From an uncultured Gammaproteobacteria bacterium (lineage in GTDB: Bacteria; Pseudomonadota; Gammaproteobacteria; CAWCPV01): a stretch of DNA of 64,000 nucleotides. Both the position numbers and the translations under genes were made by a program. The stretch is from the NCBI GenBank assembly GCA_963797555.1, contig CAWCPV010000003.1, positions 352,001 through 416,000 on the forward strand, in the 5' to 3' direction. The notes under the pieces are model-generated. The model worked only from the letters and a program-made list of their open reading frames with translations, did not search any database and was not told where the DNA came from. The first letter of the stretch is position 1. Every line of letters starts with the position of its first letter. This document shows positions 31,952 through 41,604 of the stretch, piece by piece.

Positions 31952-32801
31952 GTGGGATCGCGCGGATCTGGACTGGTAGGCCCGATCGGGACGATCGCCC
32001 TGATCCTGTTCCTGGCGCTGCAGGCGTGGGAATACTTCGGTCCGCAAAAGCCGGACATCAGCCCCGCCAGAAAACGGGTGGCCGACCGGGTGGTCGGCAT
32101 GATCGTCGAGGATCTGCGCGACGCGCACGTCACTATCCGCCATGCGGCCCTGCTGCACCTCGCCAACGACCCGTCCGATTATTTCACCGACCGGCTACGG
32201 AGTGTCCTCGCTGAGTCCGGGGTGGCAGGTCTGCAGGATCGGACCTTTGGCGAGAAGCTGCGCGGCGTTTCTGCGAATGCAGGAGCCGGCCTATGGAAGT
32301 TTGGCCAAGGTGCTCAAGGCGGGACGGCGGCGCGGCGCGGACTATGTCATTTTTGGAGTTATCGACACATTCGAGTCGTCCCGGGAGGGCGCTCGCATCG
32401 ATGTGGAGGTGAGCGCGGCGGACGTCGCGAAGGGGGCGGTGGTCTTTGCGCATCGTTATCACGAGAAGCTTTCCCCGGGACTTCTCGCCAGTGTAGCGGT
32501 TCAAGATCAGGTGCAGGCGGTCGGCGCGCTGAAGCGGTTTCTGGCCTGGTCGCTGATCGTGCTGCTGCTGCCGGTATTCACCATCGGTTTTATCCGCGGC
32601 ATGGTGCGGCGGGAATCGAATGCCGCCAATGCGGTAACCTTGGCGATATACACCGGTGTGGATGCGATACTCGCCTACCTGCTGCTGGTGCGCGGGTTAT
32701 CCGCGTGGGGGCCGGTGCTGGCGTGGTTGGGGGCGGTGGGGGCGGCGTCACTATATAACCTGTACGTCATGAGCTTTGCGGTTCGGCTGGAGGCGTCGTG
32801 A
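31952..32801 (+). CDS. Membrane protein with periplasmic CsgG/FlgO-like alpha/beta domain and C-terminal TMs (frameshift ~32265)
   Basis: N-terminal TM, GRRRGADYVIFGVI...IDVEVSAADVAKGAVV, three C-terminal hydrophobic helices. Confidence 0.65.
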
Positions 32802-34972
32802 GGCGCTATGCCTTGCTGGTGGGGGTCGATGCCTATGCCGATCGGGCCATCCCGCCGCTGCGTTTTGCCGAGCGCGATGCGCAGGCACTGGGAAGGGTGC
32901 TCGCCGAGCGGTACGGATTCGAGGTTCGGTGTTTGGTGGGGGAGGAAGCGCGGCGCGAGGCGATCCTGAATGTATTAGGGAGCGGGCGGCTCTCGGAGCA
33001 GGCCGTGCCCATGCAGGCGGGCGATCAGTTTCTGTTCTTCTTCGCCGGGCACGGCGAGCTGGTGGGTAGCAACTATGTCTTGCACCCGTGGAATGCCAAG
33101 GCGGGGGCCCATTATATGTCGATCACCAGGATCGACATCAGCTCTCTGCTGGGCAGCAACGTGCCGTGCGGGGAGTGCATGTGCATTCTAGATGCCTGCC
33201 GCAACCTGGCGCCAGCGGGGGCGCGGGGCGGACAGGCGCTCGATGAACGGTCGGCCCGAGATATCCAGGCCGTGCACCGGGAGGCGCCGCACAAGCTCAT
33301 CAAGGTGCTATACGGTTGCAGCGAGGGCGAGCGGAGCTGGGAGGACGAGCGGCTGGGCCAGGGGGTGCTCAGCTACTATCTGAAGCGGGTGCTGGAGAGT
33401 GCAGAGGTGGCGTCCTTCGAGGAGCTGGCCGAGCGGGCGGCCGATGAGATGCGAAAAAGTTGGCGCCATTGGGAGTTCGAGGGAGCAACCCAGGTGCCGC
33501 ACATATACGGGCCGACCACGGGTCGGCGAATTCGCCTGGAGGTGGCCCGGCGGCGGGTGTGGGTCTCGCCGGGCCTTGCCGAGCAGGGCATGGTGCGGCA
33601 ATTCGGCCGCGGTGTCATCCGGCACGTGCTTCTGCCCACGGAGGACCGCGTGATCGTGGCGGCTGGGGGGTCGGTGGCGCTGTTCGATATGGACACAGGC
33701 GAGGCGCCGTGGGAGATCCAGGGCCGGGTCGGGGGGTGCGCGGTGAGCCCCGACGGTGCGCTGGTGGCGGTGGCCGAGGGTACAGAGGTGCAGCTTTGGC
33801 ATCCGGCCAGTGGCGAGCTGAGGGCACGCCTTCGGGGGCATCCACGCCCCGTGACCAGTGTCACGTTCAGCCCGGACGGGCGGTGGCTCGCCTCGGGCAG
33901 TGACGACGAGACGGTGCGGTTGTGGGAGGTGGCGAGCGGCAAGGAGCTGAAGCGCTTTGAGGGGCACGGTGGCGGGGTGGAGAGTGTCGCCTTCAGCCCC
34001 GACGGCCGGTGGCTCGCCTCGGGCAGTGACGACCGGGCGGTGCGGTTGTGGGAGGTGGCGAGCGGCAAGGAGCTGGAGCGCTTTGAGGGGCACGATGATG
34101 TGGAGCGGAGCGTCGTTCTCAGCCCCGACGGACGGTGGCTCGCCTCGGGCAGTGAGATCGAATACGACGACCGCTACGACGATTGGGCGTCGGTGCCGTT
34201 GTGGGAGGTGGCGAGCGGCGAGGAGCTGAAGCGCTTTGAGGGGTACGGTGGCCGGGTGGAGAGTGTCGCCTTCAGCCCCGACGGCCGGTGGCTCGCCTCG
34301 GGCAGTTGGGACAAGACGGTGCGGCTGTGGGAGGTGGCGAGCGGCGAGGAGCTGAACGGCTTTGTGCACGGTGGCGGGGTGGAGAGTGTCGCCTTCAGTC
34401 CCGACGGCCGGTGGCTCGCCTCGGGCGGTTGGGACGAGACGGTGCGGCTGTGGGAGGTGGCGAGCGGCAAGGAGCTGAAGCGACTTGAGGGGCACGGTGG
34501 CGGGGTGGAGAGTGTCGCCTTCAGCCCCAACGGCCGGTGGCTCGCCTCGGGCAGTGACGACGAGACGGTGCGGTTGTGGGAGGTGGCGAGCGGCAAGGAG
34601 CTGAAGCGCTTTGAGGGGCACGGTGCCGGGGTGCGGAGTGTCGCCTTCAGCCCCGACGGCCGGTGGCTCGCCTCGGGCGGTTGGTTCGGCACGGTGCAGT
34701 TGTGGGAGGTGGCGAGCGGCAAGGACCTGAAGTGGCTTGACGGGCGCGGTGGCCGGGTGGAGAGTGTCGCTTTCAGCCTCGACGGCCGGTGGCTCGCCTC
34801 GGGCAGTTGGGACAAGACGGTGCGGTTGTGGGAGGTGGCGAGCGGCGAGATGCTGAAGCGCTTTGAGGGGCACGGTGCCGGGGTGCGGAGTGTCGCCTTC
34901 AGCCCCGACGGCCGGTGGCTCGCCTCGGGCAGTTTTGACGGCACGGTGCGGCTGTGGGAAGTCAGGGGATAA
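32798..34972 (+). CDS. Caspase (peptidase C14)-WD40 repeat protein, copy 2 (intact)
   Basis: ALLVGVDAY, FFAGHG, ILDACR; nine near-identical ~42-aa WD40 repeats (SVAFSPDGRWLASG..D.TVRLWE). Confidence 0.93.
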   Translation: MRRYALLVGVDAYADRAIPPLRFAERDAQALGRVLAERYGFEVRCLVGEEARREAILNVLGSGRLSEQAVPMQAGDQFLFFFAGHGELVGSNYVLHPWNAKAGAHYMSITRIDISSLLGSNVPCGECMCILDACRNLAPAGARGGQALDERSARDIQAVHREAPHKLIKVLYGCSEGERSWEDERLGQGVLSYYLKRVLESAEVASFEELAERAADEMRKSWRHWEFEGATQVPHIYGPTTGRRIRLEVARRRVWVSPGLAEQGMVRQFGRGVIRHVLLPTEDRVIVAAGGSVALFDMDTGEAPWEIQGRVGGCAVSPDGALVAVAEGTEVQLWHPASGELRARLRGHPRPVTSVTFSPDGRWLASGSDDETVRLWEVASGKELKRFEGHGGGVESVAFSPDGRWLASGSDDRAVRLWEVASGKELERFEGHDDVERSVVLSPDGRWLASGSEIEYDDRYDDWASVPLWEVASGEELKRFEGYGGRVESVAFSPDGRWLASGSWDKTVRLWEVASGEELNGFVHGGGVESVAFSPDGRWLASGGWDETVRLWEVASGKELKRLEGHGGGVESVAFSPNGRWLASGSDDETVRLWEVASGKELKRFEGHGAGVRSVAFSPDGRWLASGGWFGTVQLWEVASGKDLKWLDGRGGRVESVAFSLDGRWLASGSWDKTVRLWEVASGEMLKRFEGHGAGVRSVAFSPDGRWLASGSFDGTVRLWEVRG
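33836..34960 (+). repeat. High-identity ~126-bp tandem repeats encoding WD40 units
   Basis: Repeated GGTGGCTCGCCTCGGGC and TGTGGGAGGTGGCGAGCGGC blocks. Confidence 0.95.
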
Positions 34973-36495
34973 CGGTTCTACCGGTGGGCTTGGGGGTCGC
35001 GCCGAGCCGGGCACACCCGCCGGTTAGATGCTTTCTGGTGTCGTCCCTGCCATGGCCGCTTCGGCTCGCATTTCCGAAACTCACTCGGGACCAACACGGG
35101 CACGCCTGGGATCTGGTACTCGAAGGCGCGTGGGAGATCGTCGAGGGGCAGGTCTTCCTCGAAAATTTCGCTGTTCACCATGTCTTCGCCGAGCAGCCGC
35201 TGCGTAACTCTCTGGTCGAATCCTGGCTGACGGATAGGTTGGGCTACCGGGTGACCGACTTCGTGTCGGACAGCGAACCTCGCCCGACCGTGAGCGACCT
35301 CCAGGACTTGCCGGCAAGGTGGTGGCAAGCCCAGATCAGCAGGTGGCTCGCCGAGTACGGCATATCCGTCGATCTCACGGCCGCGCGCCTCGACAGCGCC
35401 GATGCCGCGCGAGCCGAAGAACAGCGCAGGCACCGTGCGCGCCTCGAGCAGGTGGAGATCGAGCACAAAGTCGAACGGGAAATGGAGCTGCGTCAGCTCG
35501 CCGCCGAGGCGGATTACGAGAACGAAAGAGCGCGTATCGAGCAGAGCGAGCGGGCGAGCGAGAGCGAGCGGGCGAGCGAGAGCGAGCGGCAGCACCAGCT
35601 CAAGTGTCTGGGGTTGCGGCACCAGAAGGAGGCGAAGGAGCTGGAAGTCGAGTTGGAGAAGCTGCGCTTCCAGAGCGAGCGGTCGCAGCTCGAGCACGAG
35701 GTGGCCGTAGCGGAGCTGCGCGCCGACCTGGAAGGCGCTCAACGGGCCGGCCGCAGACAGGAACGGCTGGAAGTGGACCACGCAGCCCTGCTGCACCGGT
35801 TACACCAGGTCCTGAACACGCTCGGCCGTTTCGATGCGCTCTCTCAGCAGCTCGCCAGCGCTAACGTCCGGGAGGCACACCTGGCGGCGGAGTGGCTCAC
35901 CTCTCCTGCATTCGGGTTCAGGCCGGAAGAGCTTCTCGTGTCGGGCGCTCCTTCGGCGGCTCAGAGACTGAAGCAGTGCCTGCGCGATAAGGCGGCGGAG
36001 CAGGAGCACCAAGTCGCGCTGAGCATGGCACAGCTCACCACCCGCGATATCGGGACGGCGGAGGTCAGGGCTCTGCGTATCAACAGCCCCCTCCGCTTCG
36101 AGATCAATTCGGCACGGGCCGGATACGTCACCGTCATCGACATCGGAACGAGCGGAACCGTTTACCTGCAGGTCCCCAACGCATATGTCGGTACAGCACG
36201 GGCGCGGGTATCGGCCGAACGCAGCTACCATATTCCGGGTCCAGAGCTGCTCCCAGGCGATGACCTGCTGGCGCACAGACTCGCTTACCTGGAGATCGGC
36301 CCGCCCGGATGGGAACACCTCGCCGTGGTGGTCAGCGAGCAGCCGCTCGTGCCCGACAGGATTGTCCGGCGCTCCCAGCCGACGAATCCATTCGTCAGCT
36401 TGTCCGCGTCCGAGGTCGACGAAATCCTGAATCGACTGATGGGATGGCCTGCAAGTGGCTGGTCGGCTGGCCTGCTCTCCTTCCTCGTAGAGTAG
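34954..36495 (+). CDS. Coiled-coil protein with SPFH-like N-terminal part and DUF4384-like C-terminal domain
   Basis: Long Glu/Arg-rich coiled coil; LRFEINSARAGYVTVIDIGTSG.VYLQVPN...PPGWEHLAVVVSEQPL. Confidence 0.7.
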   Translation: MGSQGITVLPVGLGVAPSRAHPPVRCFLVSSLPWPLRLAFPKLTRDQHGHAWDLVLEGAWEIVEGQVFLENFAVHHVFAEQPLRNSLVESWLTDRLGYRVTDFVSDSEPRPTVSDLQDLPARWWQAQISRWLAEYGISVDLTAARLDSADAARAEEQRRHRARLEQVEIEHKVEREMELRQLAAEADYENERARIEQSERASESERASESERQHQLKCLGLRHQKEAKELEVELEKLRFQSERSQLEHEVAVAELRADLEGAQRAGRRQERLEVDHAALLHRLHQVLNTLGRFDALSQQLASANVREAHLAAEWLTSPAFGFRPEELLVSGAPSAAQRLKQCLRDKAAEQEHQVALSMAQLTTRDIGTAEVRALRINSPLRFEINSARAGYVTVIDIGTSGTVYLQVPNAYVGTARARVSAERSYHIPGPELLPGDDLLAHRLAYLEIGPPGWEHLAVVVSEQPLVPDRIVRRSQPTNPFVSLSASEVDEILNRLMGWPASGWSAGLLSFLVE

Positions 36496-36496
36496 C

Positions 36497-37743
36497 ATGA
36501 CTCCCGGTCCGCGCGACTATCAGGAATCGCCCCGGTGAGTGCCCCGGAAGTCGTTCACGGACCGACAATGGCGCCAGAGACGCTTACGTTGGCCCAATAT
36601 CAGAGTCTTCGCCGAGTGCACCGACCGCACCCCGGAGCAGAGCCGGCGGAGCCTCGACTTTCCCCTGCTCGGGTTGTTCGGGGAGGTGGGCAGCTTGCTG
36701 AGTGCGCTGAAGAAGAAGCAGCGCGATGCCGACTCTTACATCGGGTATGCCCCGTCGGTGGTCGAGGAGCTCGGTGACGTTCTGTGGTATTTTGCGAGCC
36801 TCGCCACACGCGCTGACATCGCCCTGCCCGAGCTTGCGCGCAATGCAGTGCGGAACTGGAGTATACAGGACGATAAGCCAAGCGCGGTGGTCGTCACGTT
36901 CGACGCCCTCCAACCAGACTTGGCCAACGACGGTCCGAAGCCGCCGGAAGCTTTCAGCGGAGCCTAATGCGGCTCGCCGGCGAGGTGGGCATTCTGATGG
37001 CGGATGTCGCCGCGGGCCGTCTGGCGGACGATCGGGCCGCCTTGTTCGTGCACATGAGCGCGGTCTTCACGTCGCTGGTAGCCGCCGCCAACGACGCGGG
37101 AGTATCCCTGGCGGATGCGGCTCATCGCAATCTGTGCAAGACATTCGATCGCTGGCCGCCCGATAAAACCTATCCGAGTCTTTTTGACGACGGGTTCGAC
37201 CGAGACGAGCAGATCCCGCGCAGGATCGAGGTGCACATTTTCGAAAAGACCGTTGCGGGGGCAACCTACGTCTTCCAAAGATGCAACAACATCAACATCG
37301 GCGAGCGCCTGACGGACAATAAGATCGAACAGGACGACTACCGATTCCACGATGTCTTCCACCTCGCCTATGCGGCGGTGCTGGGCTGGTCCCCGGTCAT
37401 CCGATGCCTGTTCAAATCAAACGCAAGAGCAAGCCAGAGGTCGACGAGGCCGAGGACGGGGCGCGCGCGGCGCTTATCGAAGAGGGTATCTCGACCTGGG
37501 TCTTCAATCACGCCGCCCGGCTGAACTTCTTCGAGAATCTGACGTCGCTGGATTACGGCCTGCTCAAGGCGGTGCACGAATTGGTTGTCGGCTACGAGGC
37601 CGAACGCTGTCCGTTGTGGCTGTGGGAGGAGGCAATCCTGCAAGGCTATGCGGCGTTCAGGGAGCTTCAGAAGTATCGCTGCGGCTTGGTAGTCGCCGAC
37701 CTCCATGGAGAGAACCATTATCTTTGAGAAAGCACCGGAATGA
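36497..37743 (+). CDS. MazG-like NTP pyrophosphohydrolase with MazG_C-like domain (several frameshifts)
   Basis: LLGLFGEVGSLL..LKK..RD, EELGDVLWY, IGERLTDN....DDYRFHDVFHLAYAAVLGWSPVIR, DEAEDGARAALIEEG. Confidence 0.85.
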
Positions 37744-38384
37744 GAGCTACCGCCTTCATCGACGCGCTGAGCGCGATATCGTTGAAGGCGGTTTTCAATC
37801 CCTACGCCGATCGCTGCGGTGTTCATGACCGCGAGGATGCTCCGGTTCTGCGCCGCTCCAATCTCCGAGTTACCCTCGAAGCCGTCCAGCACATAGATGT
37901 CCGTGCCATGTGGATCGCGCGGGATCTCGGTTACCGTGGCGGTCGCCGCACCGGGCTTCCCTTGACCGACGAGGTACACTTGCCTGCGTTCAGTCAGGCG
38001 TTGGGCGGGGTGCCGTTATCGCGGGCGACGATCGGGCCCCCCGTCGCCGAGCGCACCGCGGGCGTTATTTGGGATACGTCCTCGCTCGGATCCAGCAGCC
38101 GGTTTTTCTGTGGAACGTCTTTCCCTTTCATCCCTTCGAGCCGGGCGACCCCTTATCCAACCGCTGCCACAGCCGTAAAGAGCGGCTCGCCTGCGACCGG
38201 CTGCTGGTCGAATTGCTCAGCATGCTGGCGCCCGAGAACGATCGTCGCAATCGGTAGAGATGCCCGGCTTGCCCTCACCGAACTCGGCGTACCGTGCCGC
38301 TCTGTGCGTCACCCGAGCTATGGCGGGCAAACAGCCTTCGCCAGAGAGATTGGCGAGCTGTACGGACTCAACGCGGCGGCATGA
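37740..38384 (+). CDS. Uracil-DNA glycosylase-like protein (compensating frameshifts)
   Basis: VFNPY, DLGYRGGRRTGLPLTDE, AERTA, LWNVFPFHP...SNR (alternative frame), VAIG, VRHPSYGG. Confidence 0.8.
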   Translation: MRATAFIDALSAISLKAVFNPYADRCGVHDREDAPVLRRSNLRVTLEAVQHIDVRAMWIARDLGYRGGRRTGLPLTDEVHLPAFSQALGGVPLSRATIGPPVAERTAGVIWDTSSLGSSSRFFCGTSFPFIPSSRATPYPTAATAVKSGSPATGCWSNCSACWRPRTIVAIGRDARLALTELGVPCRSVRHPSYGGQTAFAREIGELYGLNAAA

Positions 38385-39213
38385 ACCGAAGCCGGCTCTG
38401 GCTTTTGATTAGCCACCGTCGTCTGCTGCCGTGTGCGCTCGCAGGTCCGCAACAGATCCTCGACCTCTGACCGGCGCCACTTTTGCGCCTCAACCTCCGC
38501 ATGTGTCGAGATGATCGTTAGAGCTCCGACCTCGACTCCCGCCTCCAAGCCGACAAAGGCCATGAGGTTGCCCAAGCCGACCAGGTTCCCGAGCAGCCGC
38601 TGGATATAGTAGTGATTGCGGTACAGCGCGGTCAGCGTCAGCCGGTTCTGCGGATCGAGCTTGAAACTGAGAAAACTGAGACACTGCCGATTCATGACGG
38701 GCGACGGAATCCCGCTCCGGGTCGTAGATGCCGATGTCGAGCGCAGGGTCCGAAATCGTCAGTTCATAGACATTGCGAAAGGTCCTTCCCTTCCCTTGGA
38801 CGTGTGCTCGAAGCTTGGCCACTAGGTCGGCCAAGGGATTGATGACTCGACCGTCGGCCGTCCGACGCCGGATCATGCGCTCGAAGTACCGCCCCCAGTC
38901 ACGCAGTCGCCCGCCTGACACGCGGGTAAACCGTCTCCAGATACACGTCGTAAAAGCTCGGGGCTCCATGCCGCTGGTAGAGCTGGTTCGGGAAGATGGT
39001 GTTGGCTACCGAGGCCAGCGGGTAAGCGCCGTGATGCCGCAAGAAATCGTCGAGCTGGTCAGCGAGCTGGTTGTCGGTCGCGGACCAATCCAGCGGGCTC
39101 TCCACGTCGACGATAACGTTATGAGCCTCGTGTCCCGGATTGGCGTCCACCGCCCGAACGGCAGCCAACCACGCCGAGGCGGCACTGTTATGAGGTTCGA
39201 CGGCCAGGTACAT
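38318..39213 (-). CDS. Thymidylate synthase-like protein (two frameshifts)
   Basis: Joined frames: VANTIFP, GRYFERM, QCLSFLSFK, LTALYRNHY...LLGNL.GL, ISTHAE, matching the TS Cys/RS.D/N/H layout. Confidence 0.7.
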
Positions 39214-39865
39214 GTGTCAGGTCCTCGGTCAGCTCGATGGCCTCCAGTAAACGGGGTTCAAGATAGCACTCGTTAATCCAGGCATGTCCCTCGATACCCC
39301 AGCCCGTACCCCAGCTATTGCGGGCAAGGACAAGGCGATCTCCTCCGCGCATACCGTAGCCGACACCCACCAGCGCGTGCCGTCGAGTCGGGTCCACGGG
39401 CTCGTCGGCAGCAACGACACCATCTCCGTCCGGCAGGTAGAAGGCACCCGACAGATTCATCGCGACGACCACTGGGGTCCCTCGGTCCAAGCACTGAAGG
39501 ATGTCCTCCACGCGAAGGGACGCGCGCTGGCCCGCACGGCGGAAAAGCGGCCCAACCTTGTCCGGGGGATGCCAGTCGCCCAGATTGACCGGCAGCACCG
39601 CCAGGTATGGCCACGCGGCTTCATGCGGCTGACCATCATGGCGCAGGGTCGCAACCATTCCCTCCACCGTGGAGCCCGCATGCGGATTCCCACCACACCG
39701 GCGTACTGCGTGGTAGTACGCATACTCGCAGCAGAGCGGTTCCCAGCCCGGGCGCAACGCGGCATGCGCATCGCTCGCGGCAAAGGCGAGACAAGTCGGG
39801 CGGAGACCCTGGTCGCGGACCGGACCGAACAGAGGCCGCAGGTCGCACACGACCTCGAGGAGCAT
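39188..39865 (-). CDS. Papain-like (C1 family) cysteine peptidase
   Basis: DLR..FGPVRDQGLRPTCLAFA, HALVGVGYG, RNSWGTGWG..GH; reads in frame with the upstream gene here. Confidence 0.9.
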   Translation of the reverse strand: MLLEVVCDLRPLFGPVRDQGLRPTCLAFAASDAHAALRPGWEPLCCEYAYYHAVRRCGGNPHAGSTVEGMVATLRHDGQPHEAAWPYLAVLPVNLGDWHPPDKVGPLFRRAGQRASLRVEDILQCLDRGTPVVVAMNLSGAFYLPDGDGVVAADEPVDPTRRHALVGVGYGMRGGDRLVLARNSWGTGWGIEGHAWINECYLEPRLLEAIELTEDLTHVPGRRTS

Positions 39866-40876
39866 CAGGCTGCCTCGCGCGGTAAGCCGCCGCTCTGCTT
39901 GCGACAAGCCTTCCTCCTCCGGCCCGGTAAGATCGTAATCCACGTTGAAGGCCATCAGCGCCTTGTCGCGGGGGAGCCACGGCCGCCGCTCGGCCAGAAC
40001 CAAGTGCCCGCTCTGGCGCATCCTCGAGCGCGCGGTAATCCGCCGTGTCACATGAGCACCCACCGTGCTCTCGCCTGGCCCCTCGCGCTCGTCGCGAACT
40101 ATAGCGAAGCCCGTCTCGTCCAGCTCTTCAAAGCTCCAAAGATAGCCAGAGCCGCTATGCTCACTGAGCTGGAGCACGAACAGGTCAGAGCGGCTGCCTT
40201 GTAGAAGCGCGCCTTCATCGCGCTCGGTAAGCAGCCACACGTCTACCCACCAGCTCGGCGGAACGTATCCGCGAAGCAGATCCTTCTTGATCTCCCGAGG
40301 CTGCACGTCCAGAAGTGGCCGGAGAGTCTGTCGCCTGATGATGCCGTGCCGCAGTAGCGTCCAACAGGTTGCCTCGTAGCTCGCGCCAACGCGCAGCGCG
40401 AGCTGATAAACATTGCGGGGGTTCTCCATAGACCGGGGCGTCCAGCCCTGGCGTCTGAAGTGCGCCGCGAAGAGCCACTTGGGTAGCAAAAACTCGGCCG
40501 CGAAGGCATCCGCCTCCAGCTCCTGCTGCTCGTAATCCGGCCGTGCCGAAAAAAGCGATCTGCGCAAGATCGTGTCGTCATCGAGGCTAGGGCGGTGACC
40601 CAGTCGAGCATGGCCCAGTTCGTGCGCCCCCGTGAAGCGCTGTACGCTCAGCGGCCGTTGCGTCGTGACGAGAATCCCCGGGATAGGCTCCGAGAGATAC
40701 ACGCCGAGCAGCCCATCCATGGGCTTGAAGAGCAAGGGGATGCCCATGTGCACGATGGCGTCGAAGACATCGATCCGGCCCCCTTCCGCCTCGATGCGCA
40801 CCCGCATGTCGAACTGGCGATGTAGCCGCGCCGCCTCACGTGTGCCGCGCAGAATGCCAGTGCGTGCGTCAGCCAT
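39865..40876 (-). CDS. ImmA/IrrE metallopeptidase fused to chagasin (I42)-like cysteine-protease inhibitor domain
   Basis: QRFTGAHELGH, ELEADAFAAEFLLP; C-terminal LSEHSGSGYLW...VGA...ERRPW. Confidence 0.85.
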
Positions 40877-41264
40877 CTCCTGCTTGCTCCGCCTGTGCCC
40901 GGGCCCGCAGGTAGTCGGCAAAGCGGCTTAGCTCCTGGCGGTCCCGATCCGACAAGCCGGCTGCGGCTCTCGCCAGATGCGCAATGTCCTCTGGGAGGCC
41001 CGATTCAACCGGCGCCTCGCCCGTGAAGTAACCCACGGGCCGCTTATACAGCTCTGCAAGCCGCTTCAGCTCCAGAGCATCCACGCGCCGCTGGCCGGTC
41101 TCGATATTCGAGAGAGCTGAACGTGGGATCCCGAGACAGCGTGCAACTTCTTCCTGGGATAGACCAAGATAGTCCCGGGCATCGCGCAGGCGCGCCCCAA
41201 GCTGCTCCCGAGTCTGGATCTCAACGTTCGCAAAACCGACAGATTGGTCACTGTTTGCGCTCAT
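40869..41264 (-). CDS. XRE-family HTH regulator
   Basis: LRDARDYLGLSQEEVA..LGIPRSALSNIETGQR. Confidence 0.93.
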   Translation of the reverse strand: MSANSDQSVGFANVEIQTREQLGARLRDARDYLGLSQEEVARCLGIPRSALSNIETGQRRVDALELKRLAELYKRPVGYFTGEAPVESGLPEDIAHLARAAAGLSDRDRQELSRFADYLRARAQAEQAGDG

Positions 41265-41589
41265 AGGCTGACTCCCCGTGGTGTACGCTCCACTCGCGCT
41301 CTAACTTTGGCGCCAAATCGCTCACGAGCTCGTCCACGCTCCCGTAACCTCCGGGCTGTACGAGGCTCAAAGGCAGCTCAAACGACAGCTTGGACTCCAA
41401 CTGCACCAAGAGCTCTACTATCACTAAAGAGTCGATGCTCGGCTCAAAGCCCATACGGGCCGACCCGCCGCCACCGAGAGCCATCTCGGCACTCGCCATG
41501 TCCGCCAGGAAAGTTCGGATGCACGCATCGACCTCCTCCGCCGGAAAGGCGGGGGCGGTCGCGGGCGTCTGTAGTGCAGTGGTTACCAT
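41248..41589 (-). CDS. Acyl-carrier-protein-like protein
   Basis: IDSLVIVELLVQLESKLSFELP...SVDELV phosphopantetheine-site-like motif. Confidence 0.65.
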   Translation of the reverse strand: MVTTALQTPATAPAFPAEEVDACIRTFLADMASAEMALGGGGSARMGFEPSIDSLVIVELLVQLESKLSFELPLSLVQPGGYGSVDELVSDLAPKLEREWSVHHGESAYERKQ

Positions 41590-41604
41590 AGAAGCACCAC
41601 GTTA

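Noticed and set aside
33836-34960. WD40 DNA repeats as a CRISPR array or DGR
   Set aside because: Repeats are in-frame coding units; no reverse transcriptase and no adenine-specific TR/VR pattern seen
33308-35014. Long antisense repetitive ORFs (568, 230, 256 aa) over the WD40 region
   Set aside because: Shadows of the tandem WD40 repeats in high-GC DNA
35544-35590. 18-bp tandem repeat encoding SERASE
   Set aside because: In-frame slippage within a coiled coil; no sign of separate function
39188-40921. 577-aa IrrE-protease natural fusion
   Set aside because: A TGATG stop/start overlap sits at the protease start in another frame; likely two genes merged by an indel, unresolved without reads
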